Of a stretch of 64,000 nucleotides of DNA, positions 20,097 to 30,064 are shown in pieces. The stretch is from an uncultured Lentimicrobiaceae bacterium (GTDB lineage: Bacteria > Bacteroidota > Bacteroidia > Bacteroidales > JAGONC01), in the NCBI GenBank assembly GCA_964628285.1, contig CAZVNP010000008.1:4611-68610 (forward strand). Direction: 5' to 3'. The position numbers and the translations under genes were made by a program. The notes beneath the pieces are model-generated. The model saw nothing but the letters and a program-made list of their open reading frames with translations. It did not search any database and had not been told where the DNA came from. Position 1 is the first letter of the stretch. The number at the start of each line of letters is the position of its first letter.

Positions 20097-21506
20097 TCAC
20101 CTGCCGTTATGAGCCATGCCGCCATCGGCCAGTGAAAGATAGAGTTGTTTGATCTTCCGGGCCAGCTCGGGTTTATGCAACCCGTTAAGATAATTGATGG
20201 CTTCCAGTAGCTTCATGTTGTCGGGAACAAGAGCGGGATTGTTTTTCCTGTTCAGTTCAAGGTCTTTGAGCGCAGCTTTGTCACCTTTGTGTAAAGCCGT
20301 CATGACCAGGCTTTGCGTGGTGGTGTCAAGGGGTGGTTCCAAGATAACCTTTTTCAGATGATCGGCCAGTGTATTCAGGCCATTGAAGCTGGTATGATTG
20401 AGAATGATCACTGTCAGATGATTATCGATGTCACGTTCGAACACATCGCGAAATCCTTCCCACAGGCCGTGATGATAGACCACCCGGTGGTTGCTCTCGT
20501 TTCTGAGCCTGAAACCGAAGCCATAGGGCATGACCCTGCCGTTGGTCAATGTGGTCGGCGTGAAGGCTTCCTCAAGCGTTGAAGGTCGCACCAGCGCTCC
20601 GCTATAAAGAGCCTGATCCCAGAGATAGAGATCATAAGTGGATGAATATACTCCCTTGTCACCTGCAATACCATCGGAAAGTGTGGCCTCGATAGGACGG
20701 AAGGTTCTGTATCTCCGTTTGTATCCATGAACCATTTCAGGATGGTTTTTTTTGACGCCGCTGTAAAAAACAAAGGAATGAAGCATGCCTAAAGGTTGAA
20801 ATACATTGGCCTGGAGAAAATCCCCAAATGTCAGTCCGGAAATCCTTTCGACGATGCTGGCCAAAACGGCATAGCCCGTATTGGAGTAATCGAAGAGGCG
20901 GCCCGGAGTGAAATTTAAGAGAAATTTCTGCTGAGCGAGAATCCTTATCAAATCATCATTGGAGGGTGGTATGGAATCGGCGGGCCAGAAGTCATCCAGA
21001 AACCAAAGATAATTGGGCAGACCGGAAGTGTGGGTGAGCAGATGCCGGATGGTTATGTTGCTGTAAGGAAATTCAGGGATGTAACATTGTACCGCCGTAT
21101 CAAAATTAAGCTGCCCTCTCTCTTTCAGGATCATAATGGCCATAGCCGTAAACTGCTTGCTCACCGAGGCGAGCTGAAACGAGGAATGATCGGAGAGAGG
21201 TGTACGGGCCATGTAATCACCATATCCAAAGGAACGGTCGTAAATGATATGGCCGTTAAGGACCAGCATCACACTGCCGTTGAAACCATAAGATGCTGAC
21301 GAGACGCTTATGATGGAATCAAGACGCTCCACCCTGTCGTTTATGAAAAGCTGGGCAAGCTTGGTTTCTTCCTTCGAAGATAGAACTTCGGGAGTGATGA
21401 GTGATTTTGTGCCGAAATTGAACTCCGGTTGAATGAAAACAAAAATGAGCAAAAGGGTCAGAGGGATACGTATGCCCCACTTGGAGATAAAAGTTTTCAT
21501 TTGCAT
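20097..21506 (-). CDS. Serine hydrolase, beta-lactamase (class C/PBP4*-like) family
   Basis: Signal peptide, the SVSKQF (SxxK) motif, YSNTGY (YxN-like), and an extra C-terminal domain. Confidence 0.8.
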   Translation of the reverse strand: MQMKTFISKWGIRIPLTLLLIFVFIQPEFNFGTKSLITPEVLSSKEETKLAQLFINDRVERLDSIISVSSASYGFNGSVMLVLNGHIIYDRSFGYGDYMARTPLSDHSSFQLASVSKQFTAMAIMILKERGQLNFDTAVQCYIPEFPYSNITIRHLLTHTSGLPNYLWFLDDFWPADSIPPSNDDLIRILAQQKFLLNFTPGRLFDYSNTGYAVLASIVERISGLTFGDFLQANVFQPLGMLHSFVFYSGVKKNHPEMVHGYKRRYRTFRPIEATLSDGIAGDKGVYSSTYDLYLWDQALYSGALVRPSTLEEAFTPTTLTNGRVMPYGFGFRLRNESNHRVVYHHGLWEGFRDVFERDIDNHLTVIILNHTSFNGLNTLADHLKKVILEPPLDTTTQSLVMTALHKGDKAALKDLELNRKNNPALVPDNMKLLEAINYLNGLHKPELARKIKQLYLSLADGGMAHNGR

Positions 21507-21529
21507 CGCCGTCAGGTGTCACAACTTGG

Positions 21530-21537
21530 CAAAAGTA
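21530..21537 (-). promoter_or_regulatory. -7 box (TACTTTTG on the minus strand) upstream of the serine hydrolase
   Basis: Forward CAAAAGTA is the reverse complement of TAnnTTTG, 24 nt upstream of the start at 21506. Confidence 0.4.
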
Positions 21538-21586
21538 GTAAAATAATAACCGTCAGACCAGGAAGTGTTTTGAAGTAATATACAAT

Positions 21587-22309
21587 TCACTTTATGGATT
21601 GGCGTAAAATGAGTGATAACAGGATATATAATAGTATGATGATCGGGAAAGCCAGGAATTTTAGAAAGATAATCAGCAGCAACGTGGCGACAAGAAAAAT
21701 ATATTTCATCCGGTTTTCATGCCATTTGAAATTGGCGAATTTCAGGCCGAACAGTTTTATACCTGATACCAATAATACGGGTATAACTACTGAGACTGTC
21801 CCAAGGAAGAAGATGCTCATGATGCATCTGTGAATCCAATGCTCCGTCGGATAAATGCTGATAATGAGCGGCAGGGAGGCTAGGAAAATGGCACTGGCGG
21901 GTGTGGGCAGCCCGCGAAAATGAATGGTCTGCTCGGCATCAATGTTGAAGCGGGCCAGCCGGAGAGCCGCGAAGGCAGGTATAAGGAGCGATAGATAGGG
22001 GACCAGAACACGGACCATTTCATTCGTGGTCTGCAAACGGATGCTCTCCGACAGCAGCATATACATGATCAGCCCGGGAGCCAGACCAAAGGATATAACA
22101 TCGGCCAGCGAATCAAGCTGCTTGCCGAGATCTGATTTCACATTGAGCAACCGGGCTGCAAAACCGTCAAGGAAATCAAATATCACGGCGATGCCGATCA
22201 GCCATGACGCCGTGACCAACCGCTGGTTAAAAGTGACGGTGATGGCGATAGAGCCCGTTATCAGACTCAGCACGGTGATCAGATTGGGAATGTGACGCGC
22301 AATACGCAT
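21587..22309 (-). CDS. pssA: CDP-diacylglycerol--serine O-phosphatidyltransferase
   Basis: CDP-alcohol phosphatidyltransferase motif DGFAARLLNVKSDLGKQLDSLADVISFG in a polytopic membrane protein. Confidence 0.85.
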   Translation of the reverse strand: MRIARHIPNLITVLSLITGSIAITVTFNQRLVTASWLIGIAVIFDFLDGFAARLLNVKSDLGKQLDSLADVISFGLAPGLIMYMLLSESIRLQTTNEMVRVLVPYLSLLIPAFAALRLARFNIDAEQTIHFRGLPTPASAIFLASLPLIISIYPTEHWIHRCIMSIFFLGTVSVVIPVLLVSGIKLFGLKFANFKWHENRMKYIFLVATLLLIIFLKFLAFPIIILLYILLSLILRQSIK

Positions 22310-22440
22310 GGTTTTTTTCTCTTATCTTCAATAAAAATAGTGATTTATTCACACGAATAATGAAACCGATGACTAATTTCGTAAAAGTTTTGTTATTCAT
22401 GCCATGAACAATAAATGAAAGTCAACCGTTGAATCTGTGA

Positions 22441-23202
22441 ATGCGGTTGATACATAATGATCATCTCAAATCAGGATGTATGAAAGAAATACAAACGCTG
22501 GGCATCATTACAAAAAGAGAGAAACTGTCAACGGCAGGCTTGCCGTCGCCTCTCAATGAACTGGTACTTGAAAGCATTGCCCCCTATCCCGGTTATTATG
22601 AGGATATTTATGCCATGGACGATAAAAAGTTCCTCCATAAATACCTTTACCTGATGTTGAAATCGGTCGATTACTTTAATGACGATCATTTTATCAGGGT
22701 GGCGGAAAAGATCAGGGCTCAGGGTCATCAAAAATTTGATGCGGTGCTGGGGCAGTTATTTTATTATAATCAGTTCAAACCTTGTATCCGCCTTAAAGAG
22801 GATGATTATTCCATGCTACCTCAAATCATACGGTCACTGGCAGCGGAAAACATAGAATTCATGGTTTCCCGCACCATAGAGCCTTATGATAGCATCATCA
22901 GGATTAAAAAATTCATTGATCTGAGGGAAGTCGCCGAGGGTGTCTATGAGAATGTCTCCAACCGTGAGGTCAGTTTTCTGGCCATCCCTGCTCATTTGGA
23001 ATGGGACGCTTTTGAACAGATCACCCTGTCGGTCAAGATGAATGGCCGTTATTCACGTTTTGATGCAGCAGCCGCTTCAGTGTATTACATGGACCGGATA
23101 CTTGAGATGGTTCGTATTTATGATTGGGAACATACACTGGAAAAACTTAAGGATATCCGGCGTGAATACATCAGGGAGATAGGATTGTTCTATCCGGTGT
23201 GA
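22441..23202 (+). CDS. Hypothetical protein, no recognised domain
   Basis: Clean 253-aa ORF with no competing ORF. The likely real start is the internal MKEIQTLGII (22480). No signal peptide or TM segment is evident. Confidence 0.5.
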   Translation: MRLIHNDHLKSGCMKEIQTLGIITKREKLSTAGLPSPLNELVLESIAPYPGYYEDIYAMDDKKFLHKYLYLMLKSVDYFNDDHFIRVAEKIRAQGHQKFDAVLGQLFYYNQFKPCIRLKEDDYSMLPQIIRSLAAENIEFMVSRTIEPYDSIIRIKKFIDLREVAEGVYENVSNREVSFLAIPAHLEWDAFEQITLSVKMNGRYSRFDAAAASVYYMDRILEMVRIYDWEHTLEKLKDIRREYIREIGLFYPV

Positions 23203-23215
23203 TAATTCGATCAGT

Positions 23216-24451
23216 GTGCTTGTCGATCCTTCCAAAATACATATCGACGATTATTCGTATGATTTGCCGTCCGTTCGTATCAGCCAGTACCCGCTGGAGG
23301 AACGTGATAATTCCAGGCTACTGATATACAGGGATGGCAGGATCAGCGAGTCTGTTTTCAGACACCTGGCAGATTATTTACCTGGCGGCAGCCTGATGAT
23401 CGTGAACGACACGCGTGTTTTTCATGCCAGGCTGCTCTTCCGCAAACCCACGGGACCGGTGGTGGAGGTGTTCTGTCTTGAGCCTGTGCGGCCTGTTCGG
23501 GAGATCGCAACGGCCTTTCAACAGTCATCACCCGTCGAGTGGCAATGCCTCATCGGTCACGCCAAACGCTGGAAACGCGGACGGTTAATATCTGCCTTTG
23601 AGTTCAACGGCGAAGCATATACTTTGTCGGCCATGCGCATGCCTGCAGAAGGAGAACATAACGTGGTCAGATTATCATGGCATCCGTCGGATCTGACATT
23701 TTCACAGGTTGTGGAGGCATGTGGAAAAATGCCTCTGCCACCTTACATTCACCGGCTGGCAGAACCATCGGATGAGGTGCGCTACCAGACGATCTATGCC
23801 AGTCAGGAAGGTTCGGTGGCGGCACCCACGGCAGGACTCCATTACACCGAAGAGGTCACGAGAAGCCTCGCCTACAAAAACATCCTGATGACCTATATCA
23901 CCTTGCATGTCGGGGCCGGAACGTTTATACCGGTCACACATCATACCGTCGCAAATCATCAGATGCACAGGGAACACATGGCGGTGCCTGTCAGGGTCCT
24001 CGAATCAATAGCAGAACGGCCACCGGAAGAAATTATCGCCGTCGGAACGACCACCGTCAGGGCACTGGAAAGCCTGTATTGGCTCGGAGTGAAACTATTA
24101 TCAGGCAAGGGTGATGTTCTGCAAATGGAAATAAACCAATGGGAACCCTATGAATATGACCGCCTGGTGGAAGTACCTGTCAAGGAAGCGCTGTACGCCG
24201 TGATGGACCATTGCAGAAAGAACGACATGGATCTGGTAGAAGGATATACCCGTTTGATGATCATCCCCGGGTATCATTACCATATACCAGGTATTATGAT
24301 CACAAATTTCCATCTGCCCAAAAGTACATTGTTATTACTCGTGGCTGCATTTATTGGAGATGACTGGAAAAAGGCCTATCAGTATGCTTTGAAACATGGA
24401 TTCAGATTCTTAAGCTATGGCGACAGTTGCCTGTTCTACCGGAAAGGCTGA
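23216..24451 (+). CDS. queA: S-adenosylmethionine:tRNA ribosyltransferase-isomerase QueA (long variant)
   Basis: ISQYPLEERDNSRLL, NDTRVFHARL, PLPPYI, YQTIYA, GSVAAPTAGLHYT, LHVGAGTF and GTTTVRALES. TTG start. Confidence 0.9.
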   Translation: MLVDPSKIHIDDYSYDLPSVRISQYPLEERDNSRLLIYRDGRISESVFRHLADYLPGGSLMIVNDTRVFHARLLFRKPTGPVVEVFCLEPVRPVREIATAFQQSSPVEWQCLIGHAKRWKRGRLISAFEFNGEAYTLSAMRMPAEGEHNVVRLSWHPSDLTFSQVVEACGKMPLPPYIHRLAEPSDEVRYQTIYASQEGSVAAPTAGLHYTEEVTRSLAYKNILMTYITLHVGAGTFIPVTHHTVANHQMHREHMAVPVRVLESIAERPPEEIIAVGTTTVRALESLYWLGVKLLSGKGDVLQMEINQWEPYEYDRLVEVPVKEALYAVMDHCRKNDMDLVEGYTRLMIIPGYHYHIPGIMITNFHLPKSTLLLLVAAFIGDDWKKAYQYALKHGFRFLSYGDSCLFYRKG

Positions 24452-24508
24452 ACAGGACTATATAGTTATCCATTGACGTTCAGCCGATTGCATTAGCAGG
24501 AGATTATT

Positions 24509-24516
24509 TATATTTG
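24509..24516 (+). promoter_or_regulatory. -7 box TATATTTG upstream of tatC
   Basis: Exact TAnnTTTG. It contains the TTG (24514) that the ORF track used as the start, which argues for a downstream ATG. Confidence 0.45.
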
Positions 24517-24549
24517 CAGAAGAAAGTCACCTTAGATGATAGGCGGCAC

Positions 24550-25371
24550 ATGCATGGCCATTTAAAAAATCCGGAAAAAGAGATGACCTTCTGGGAACAT
24601 CTCGAGGAACTGCGGTGGCATATTATACGCTCTCTCATCGTTATCATCGTTTTTACCATTCTTGCGCTGATCAGCCGTAAGATCATCTTCGATCATGTCA
24701 TCCTGGCCCCCAGGGATGCCGGTTTTATCTCATACCGTGTTTTGTGCCGGCTGGCTGAAGCTTTCCATGTCCATTCCCTGTGCATTAAAGATATCTCTTT
24801 GAAGATTATCAACCTGACCATGACGGGTCAGTTTCTGACCCATATCTACGTCTCCATTGCCGTGGGTCTGGTGCTGGCATCGCCTTATGTGCTTTGGGAA
24901 TTCTGGCGGTTTATCGGTCCGGCGCTGAAGATTAATGAACGCAGGTATGCCCGGTCGACGGTACTGGTGATGTCATTGCTTTTCTTTTTTGGAGTGTTAT
25001 TCGGCTATTTTGTCCTGGTCCCATGGACACTGAATTTTTTTGGAAATTACCAGGTCAGCGCTTCCATTCAAAATCAGATCTCATTGAGATCATATATCTC
25101 AACAGTCGTCACGATGTCGCTGGGTGTCGGCGTGGTCTTTGAGCTGCCCGTGGCGGCTTTTTTCCTGACCAAAATAGGTATCATGACGCCGGCATTCATG
25201 AAACGAAACCGCAAATATGCCATTGTCATCCTGCTGATCATAGCAGCTGTCATCACACCACCCGATGTTTTCAGCCAGATCATTGTGACGTTGCCATTGT
25301 ATGGACTCTATGAGCTGGGGATATACGTTTCGAAACGTGCCTATGCCAGGCAAAGCAATCTTAAGGGTTGA
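24550..25371 (+). CDS. tatC: Twin-arginine translocase subunit TatC
   Basis: MTFWEHLEELRWHIIRSL, six predicted TM helices, and the FELPV motif. The start is ATG 24550 or ATG 24583. Confidence 0.9.
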   Translation: MHGHLKNPEKEMTFWEHLEELRWHIIRSLIVIIVFTILALISRKIIFDHVILAPRDAGFISYRVLCRLAEAFHVHSLCIKDISLKIINLTMTGQFLTHIYVSIAVGLVLASPYVLWEFWRFIGPALKINERRYARSTVLVMSLLFFFGVLFGYFVLVPWTLNFFGNYQVSASIQNQISLRSYISTVVTMSLGVGVVFELPVAAFFLTKIGIMTPAFMKRNRKYAIVILLIIAAVITPPDVFSQIIVTLPLYGLYELGIYVSKRAYARQSNLKG

Positions 25372-25529
25372 AGAGATGGTTTGTGTAACCTTTTTCGTAT
25401 CTTTACGTCATATTGCAATGGCTGTCATGGTACTCCGTATTGTTTCACCTGCTGAAGATGTTAAAATGATAAGTGAGTGTCATCGGATGTAAACCCTTAA
25501 ACTTTTTAACCATATTAATATAAGCTCTT

Positions 25530-25766
25530 ATGGAAGAACAGACGAATAATCTTAATGCGGCCAATCCGTCAGAACCTGACGACAAAGTCAGACATGAGCA
25601 TGGCAAGGGCAACTTCTTTGGGGGGATCATCCTTATCACCCTTGGCATCATCTTTCTTTTAGCCCATTTCGTTCCCCGGTTGCATTTCGGGGATCTCTGG
25701 CCCATTCTTCTTATTGTCATCGGCATTTTATTGCTTAGAAAAACAATTATTCATCCTAAAAACTGA
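25530..25766 (+). CDS. Small two-TM membrane protein (LiaI-LiaF-like/DUF5668-type)
   Basis: GGIILITLGIIFLLAHF...WPILLIVIGILLL pattern in 78 aa. Confidence 0.5.
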   Translation: MEEQTNNLNAANPSEPDDKVRHEHGKGNFFGGIILITLGIIFLLAHFVPRLHFGDLWPILLIVIGILLLRKTIIHPKN

Positions 25767-25772
25767 TTGACC

Positions 25773-26711
25773 ATGAACTACCGCAAAATATTCTGGGGGA
25801 TCGTGTTGATCCTCATTGGCATCCTGATAATCCTGAAGAATACAGGTGTCATTTATTACAGCTGGTATCAAATACTGATGTTATGGCCTTTGCTGTTGAT
25901 TCTTTGGGGTATCTCGATTATTCCGGCCAAAACATGGATCAGACTGTCGCTTTCCCTGGTGGCTATTGTCCTGGCATTTATCATGATAGCTTACGTTCAC
26001 AAAGCGGATTACTATTCGTTCCGGCCGTTTTATTGGTTTCGTTATCATGAAAGAGAGAGAGCCGAGGACAACCTTGGTCGCTACAAAGGTGAGGGGCAGG
26101 TTTTAAATGAACCTTACGACACCATTGTAACCAACGCTGAATTGAAACTGGATGCCGCTGCCGGCGCCTTTGAGATAGGAGGCCAAACCACCGACATGAT
26201 CGAATTCGACAACAGAAATTACCTGGGCGAATACAGCATGATGGTGCGCGATACCGACGGCAAACAGGTCATCGATCTGAGTCTTAAACACCCGGTGGTT
26301 TACAGGCATAACAGAAGGGCCGGCAAGGCATTTATTAGGCTTAACGAGCATCCCGTATGGGATTTCAACCTGAATATCGGCGCCGCTGATATGCAAATGG
26401 ATATGAGTCACTATAAAACAAGGGATATCACCCTGGATGGAGGCGCCTCGTCAATTGAAATGACGGTGGGTGATAAATACCCTGATACTCATATTAATCT
26501 GAAAGCAGGGGCTTCCTCGGTCAGGTTTAAAATACCAGAGTCGTCAGGATGTCAGGTGAACATCGATGCCGTTTTGTCATCACGTGACCTGGAAGGATTC
26601 AGCAAAATAGGGCAGGGGAAATATCAGACCGGGAACTTTGAGGCCAGCAGCAATAAAATAATGATCTCCATTGATGCTGCCGTTTCCAGTCTCGAGATTA
26701 TACGTTACTGA
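25773..26711 (+). CDS. LiaF-like membrane protein with a C-terminal beta-rich (toast-rack/DUF4097-like) domain
   Basis: N-terminal FWGIVLILIGILIIL...WPLLLILWGISIIP TM hairpins. The C-terminal half is rich in short beta-strand repeats. It starts immediately after the previous stop. Confidence 0.45.
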   Translation: MNYRKIFWGIVLILIGILIILKNTGVIYYSWYQILMLWPLLLILWGISIIPAKTWIRLSLSLVAIVLAFIMIAYVHKADYYSFRPFYWFRYHERERAEDNLGRYKGEGQVLNEPYDTIVTNAELKLDAAAGAFEIGGQTTDMIEFDNRNYLGEYSMMVRDTDGKQVIDLSLKHPVVYRHNRRAGKAFIRLNEHPVWDFNLNIGAADMQMDMSHYKTRDITLDGGASSIEMTVGDKYPDTHINLKAGASSVRFKIPESSGCQVNIDAVLSSRDLEGFSKIGQGKYQTGNFEASSNKIMISIDAAVSSLEIIRY

Positions 26712-26726
26712 GAACCCGGCCCTCCA

Positions 26727-27509
26727 TCATACGGCACGTTCTCTCCCCAGAAAACGGCTTAAAACGCGGCACACGGCATCGGGCTTGTCAGCATTGACCC
26801 AATGGGTGGCGTTAGCAATGGTGTGGATGATGGCCTGAGGAAACAATTTTTTTATCAGGGGGAGATCATCAGCGGCAATATAATCCGACAGCCCCCCTTT
26901 GACAAATAAGACAGGGTTTTGATATGGTCGTTTGCTTTCGATACCTTCTGACATACATTCCAGGTTATCATGAATAGCCTGTAAATTGATCCGCCAGCCC
27001 AAACGGTCATGGGATATCCTGTGAAGATTTTTCAAGATAAAAAGCCGTATCCGTTCCTCCTTTATTGCCCCGGCAATGATTTCTTCGGCTTCGGCCCTTG
27101 TGGTGATCCTGTTGAAATCAACCGCTTCCATAGCCCTGATGATCCGGAGGTGATCGTCCCTCACGGCCATCGCCCTCGGACTTATGTCGACGACCACCAG
27201 TTTCTCAACATGCGATGGATTATCCAGTGTAAAGGTCATGGCCACTTTACCTCCCATCGAATGTCCGATAAGGATGGTTGTTTCGATATCATGATCAAGG
27301 ATGAATTCCATCATATCATCAGCCATGACATGGTAGTTAAATATTTGACTGTGAGGAGAAAGACCGTGATTACGCTGGTCGGGGATATAAACGGTGAAAT
27401 TCTCAGCCAGGCGCCGTCCGATGGTTACCCAATTATCCGAGGAGCCCAGGAGACCATGCAGGATGATCAGAGGGTCACCCGAACCATAACGCTTATAATA
27501 TAACTTCAT
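26727..27509 (-). CDS. Alpha/beta-fold hydrolase (YbfF-like esterase)
   Basis: ILHGLLGSSDNW, the GHSMGG nucleophile elbow, and a C-terminal catalytic His (NATHWV). Confidence 0.8.
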   Translation of the reverse strand: MKLYYKRYGSGDPLIILHGLLGSSDNWVTIGRRLAENFTVYIPDQRNHGLSPHSQIFNYHVMADDMMEFILDHDIETTILIGHSMGGKVAMTFTLDNPSHVEKLVVVDISPRAMAVRDDHLRIIRAMEAVDFNRITTRAEAEEIIAGAIKEERIRLFILKNLHRISHDRLGWRINLQAIHDNLECMSEGIESKRPYQNPVLFVKGGLSDYIAADDLPLIKKLFPQAIIHTIANATHWVNADKPDAVCRVLSRFLGRERAV

Positions 27510-28437
27510 AAGCCATCACCCTGTTGTCTGAAAATGTCGGGATGAGTAACAGCTTTAGCGTGGCTACATAATCGATATCGGCGGCATTGATCTTATGGGG
27601 AGTCGTATCAAGCAACATATCAGGGGCCCGGCCGGGTTCAGCCAGATAAACGTGACCCTGCCAGTCGGAGTAAAGATACCTGCCATGGCCCACACCTTCA
27701 AGACCATCGATGGAACCCGTATTTTCTATGTAGGGTACAGGATCCCTGTCACCCAGGGTCACCCTGTAAACGGCATCATTCGTACCGATCAATAACGTGC
27801 TGTCTTCGACAAATAAACCGTTGGCACCGGCTATTTTTTCCGAATCGAGGTATACACTGACCTCTCCATTTTTTAAGATATAGACCCGGTGATTGCCGGT
27901 ATCCGAAATATAAACCTTTCCGTCCCCGTCAATGGCAATATCATTTAAAAAAGAAGCTCCCGGCGCCTGATATTTATCAATGATGATACCCCTATCGATA
28001 TCGATGCATATCACCCTGTCGATGTCGCCAACATACAGATCATGATCATAAATTCCCAACCCTTTGGGTGCATTTAATCCGGTGATCCATTCCAGCGTCT
28101 TCACAGTGCCGTCAGGATTCAAAAGGGAGATGAAGCCGTTTCCGTCTTTCTGGCTCGCCTTGCCGTTGATGTTACTGACGTAAATCTGCTTTCTTTCCGG
28201 ATCGTAACAGACTGACTCAGGGGTTTTGAAGACAGCAGGTGTCTCCCACTGTTTGACAAGTTTTTCAGCAGATGGTTTTGCCTTGTTGACGGTTGTTGAG
28301 CCTTTGCCTGAAGGTTGCTCCTGTTCCCTGACGGCGGGCCGCTGTCCCTGTCCGCAACCTGTTGCAAAAAAAAGGACAGGAAAAAGGAAAATCAATGTTA
28401 AACGCTTTCGACTTCTGATGTTAATGGCTGCATTCAT
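27493..28437 (-). CDS. Beta-propeller lipoprotein (SMP-30/gluconolactonase/NHL-like)
   Basis: Lipobox FFATGC. Repeated blade-like segments (IYVSNING, LYVGDID, VYISDTGN, LLIGTND, YLYSDWQG). It overlaps the downstream hydrolase gene by 17 bp. Confidence 0.45.
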   Translation of the reverse strand: MNAAINIRSRKRLTLIFLFPVLFFATGCGQGQRPAVREQEQPSGKGSTTVNKAKPSAEKLVKQWETPAVFKTPESVCYDPERKQIYVSNINGKASQKDGNGFISLLNPDGTVKTLEWITGLNAPKGLGIYDHDLYVGDIDRVICIDIDRGIIIDKYQAPGASFLNDIAIDGDGKVYISDTGNHRVYILKNGEVSVYLDSEKIAGANGLFVEDSTLLIGTNDAVYRVTLGDRDPVPYIENTGSIDGLEGVGHGRYLYSDWQGHVYLAEPGRAPDMLLDTTPHKINAADIDYVATLKLLLIPTFSDNRVMAYEVIL

Positions 28438-28480
28438 GGTTTTAATAATTTGATGGATAAGAAAAGATGACCGGGATTCA

Positions 28481-29215
28481 TTAATCCTGACGATTTATCA
28501 CAAGTTGTCTGCGGTACAACTGGATGGTGTTTTCCAGCCCTAAATACAGGGCATCGCATATGAGGGCATGACCTATTGAGACCTCGGCCAGGTGAGGGAT
28601 ATGGGATGCAAAGAAATGAAGGTTGTCGAGGTTCAGATCATGACCGGCATTGATACCCAATCCTGCCTCACAGGCTGTTTGGGCAGCGGCCACATAAGGC
28701 TGTATGGCATGCTGTGCATCTGACGTATATCCCCTGGCGTAAGCCTCCGTGTACAGCTCGACCCTGTCGGTACCTGTTTCAGCGGCATGCCTGATCATGT
28801 CAGGAACAGGGTCGATGAAAATAGAAGTCCTGATACCGGCCTTTTTAAATGTGCCGATCACGTCTTTTAAAAAGTCTTTATTTTTTATGGTATCCCATCC
28901 CGCATTGGAAGTGAGAACATCAGGAGTATCAGGTACCAGGGTGACCTGTTCCGGTTTCACTGATAAGACCAGTGAAATGAACTGATCGGAAGGATTACCT
29001 TCTATATTGAATTCGGTTTTTACCAGGGGTCGCAGGTCACGGACATCCTGATATTTGATATGCCTTTCATCCGGACGCGGATGAACAGTGATGCCTTCGG
29101 CCCCAAAACGCTCACAATCAACGGCGGCCTTCAGGACATCCGGAAGATTGCCCCCGCGGGCATTCCTCAGTGTGGCGATTTTGTTGATATTCACACTTAA
29201 CCTGGTCATCATCAT
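28481..29215 (-). CDS. pdxJ: Pyridoxine 5'-phosphate synthase
   Basis: [34 protein letters not shown] and NAGHDLN. Confidence 0.92.
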   Translation of the reverse strand: MMMTRLSVNINKIATLRNARGGNLPDVLKAAVDCERFGAEGITVHPRPDERHIKYQDVRDLRPLVKTEFNIEGNPSDQFISLVLSVKPEQVTLVPDTPDVLTSNAGWDTIKNKDFLKDVIGTFKKAGIRTSIFIDPVPDMIRHAAETGTDRVELYTEAYARGYTSDAQHAIQPYVAAAQTACEAGLGINAGHDLNLDNLHFFASHIPHLAEVSIGHALICDALYLGLENTIQLYRRQLVINRQD

Positions 29216-29225
29216 GATTTTATTA

Positions 29226-29233
29226 CAAAGCTA
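29226..29233 (-). promoter_or_regulatory. -7 box (TAGCTTTG on the minus strand) upstream of pdxJ
   Basis: Forward CAAAGCTA is the reverse complement of TAnnTTTG, 10 nt upstream of the first of three consecutive ATGs. Confidence 0.4.
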
Positions 29234-29351
29234 AGAAATATTCAGATGATGATGTCAATCCGTTAACACCCATTTTACGAACGGTACAAGATATATTTTG
29301 TCGTCAACGATATGACTTCATCCATAAAGTCTGCTATATCAATAAAATGAT

Positions 29352-29359
29352 TAAGTTTG
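29352..29359 (+). promoter_or_regulatory. -7 box TAAGTTTG upstream of the CBS gene
   Basis: Exact TAnnTTTG. It contains the ORF-track TTG start (29357), so I moved the CDS start to ATG 29375. Confidence 0.45.
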
Positions 29360-29374
29360 CAGAAATTTTCCGGT

Positions 29375-30037
29375 ATGTATGCAAAAGAGTTGATATCGGA
29401 AGCAGTGGCACCCCTTAAGATCACTGATAATGGTGAAACGGCCTTGAACATGATGGATGAGTTCAAGCTGACACACTTGCCCGTCGTGGATAACGGCCGT
29501 TATATCGGGTTGCTCTCGGAAACGGATATCTATTCAAAAAATGATTTTACCCAACCCCTTGAGAGTTATACTTTCTCTCTTGGCTTGCTTTATGTCCAGC
29601 AATATCAGCACGTGTATGATGTCTTGCTGACGTTCGACACGCACAAGCTGACCTTGCTTCCGGTGGTGGATGATAAAAACCAGTTTCTGGGTTCCATCAC
29701 CTTATTAAGCCTGATCAATTACTTTTCATTGCTGTCTTCGGTGAAGAATCCAGGTGGGGTCATCGTTCTGGAACTCAATACCAATGATTACTCACTGACA
29801 CAAATAGCCCAGATAGTGGAATCGAATGATGCTAAAATATTAAGCCTGTATATTACTTCCTTCGATGATTCAACACGGATGGAAGTGACCCTGAAGGTGA
29901 ATAAAATGGATATCAGGGCTATTCTGCAGACGTTCAACAGATACAATTACCTCGTTAAGGCTTCCTTCTCCGAAGATGATGTTTATGATGAATTGCGTGA
30001 ACGTTATGATTCGCTCATGCGCTATTTGAACACATAG
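29375..30037 (+). CDS. CBS-domain protein
   Basis: Tandem CBS motifs (LTHLPVVDNGRYIGLLSETDI; LTLLPVVDDKNQFLGSITLLSL) plus a C-terminal ACT-like region. It sits in the conserved position upstream of nadK. Confidence 0.7.
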   Translation: MYAKELISEAVAPLKITDNGETALNMMDEFKLTHLPVVDNGRYIGLLSETDIYSKNDFTQPLESYTFSLGLLYVQQYQHVYDVLLTFDTHKLTLLPVVDDKNQFLGSITLLSLINYFSLLSSVKNPGGVIVLELNTNDYSLTQIAQIVESNDAKILSLYITSFDDSTRMEVTLKVNKMDIRAILQTFNRYNYLVKASFSEDDVYDELRERYDSLMRYLNT

Positions 30038-30064
30038 TATAAACATACATTGACATCGCGTAAA

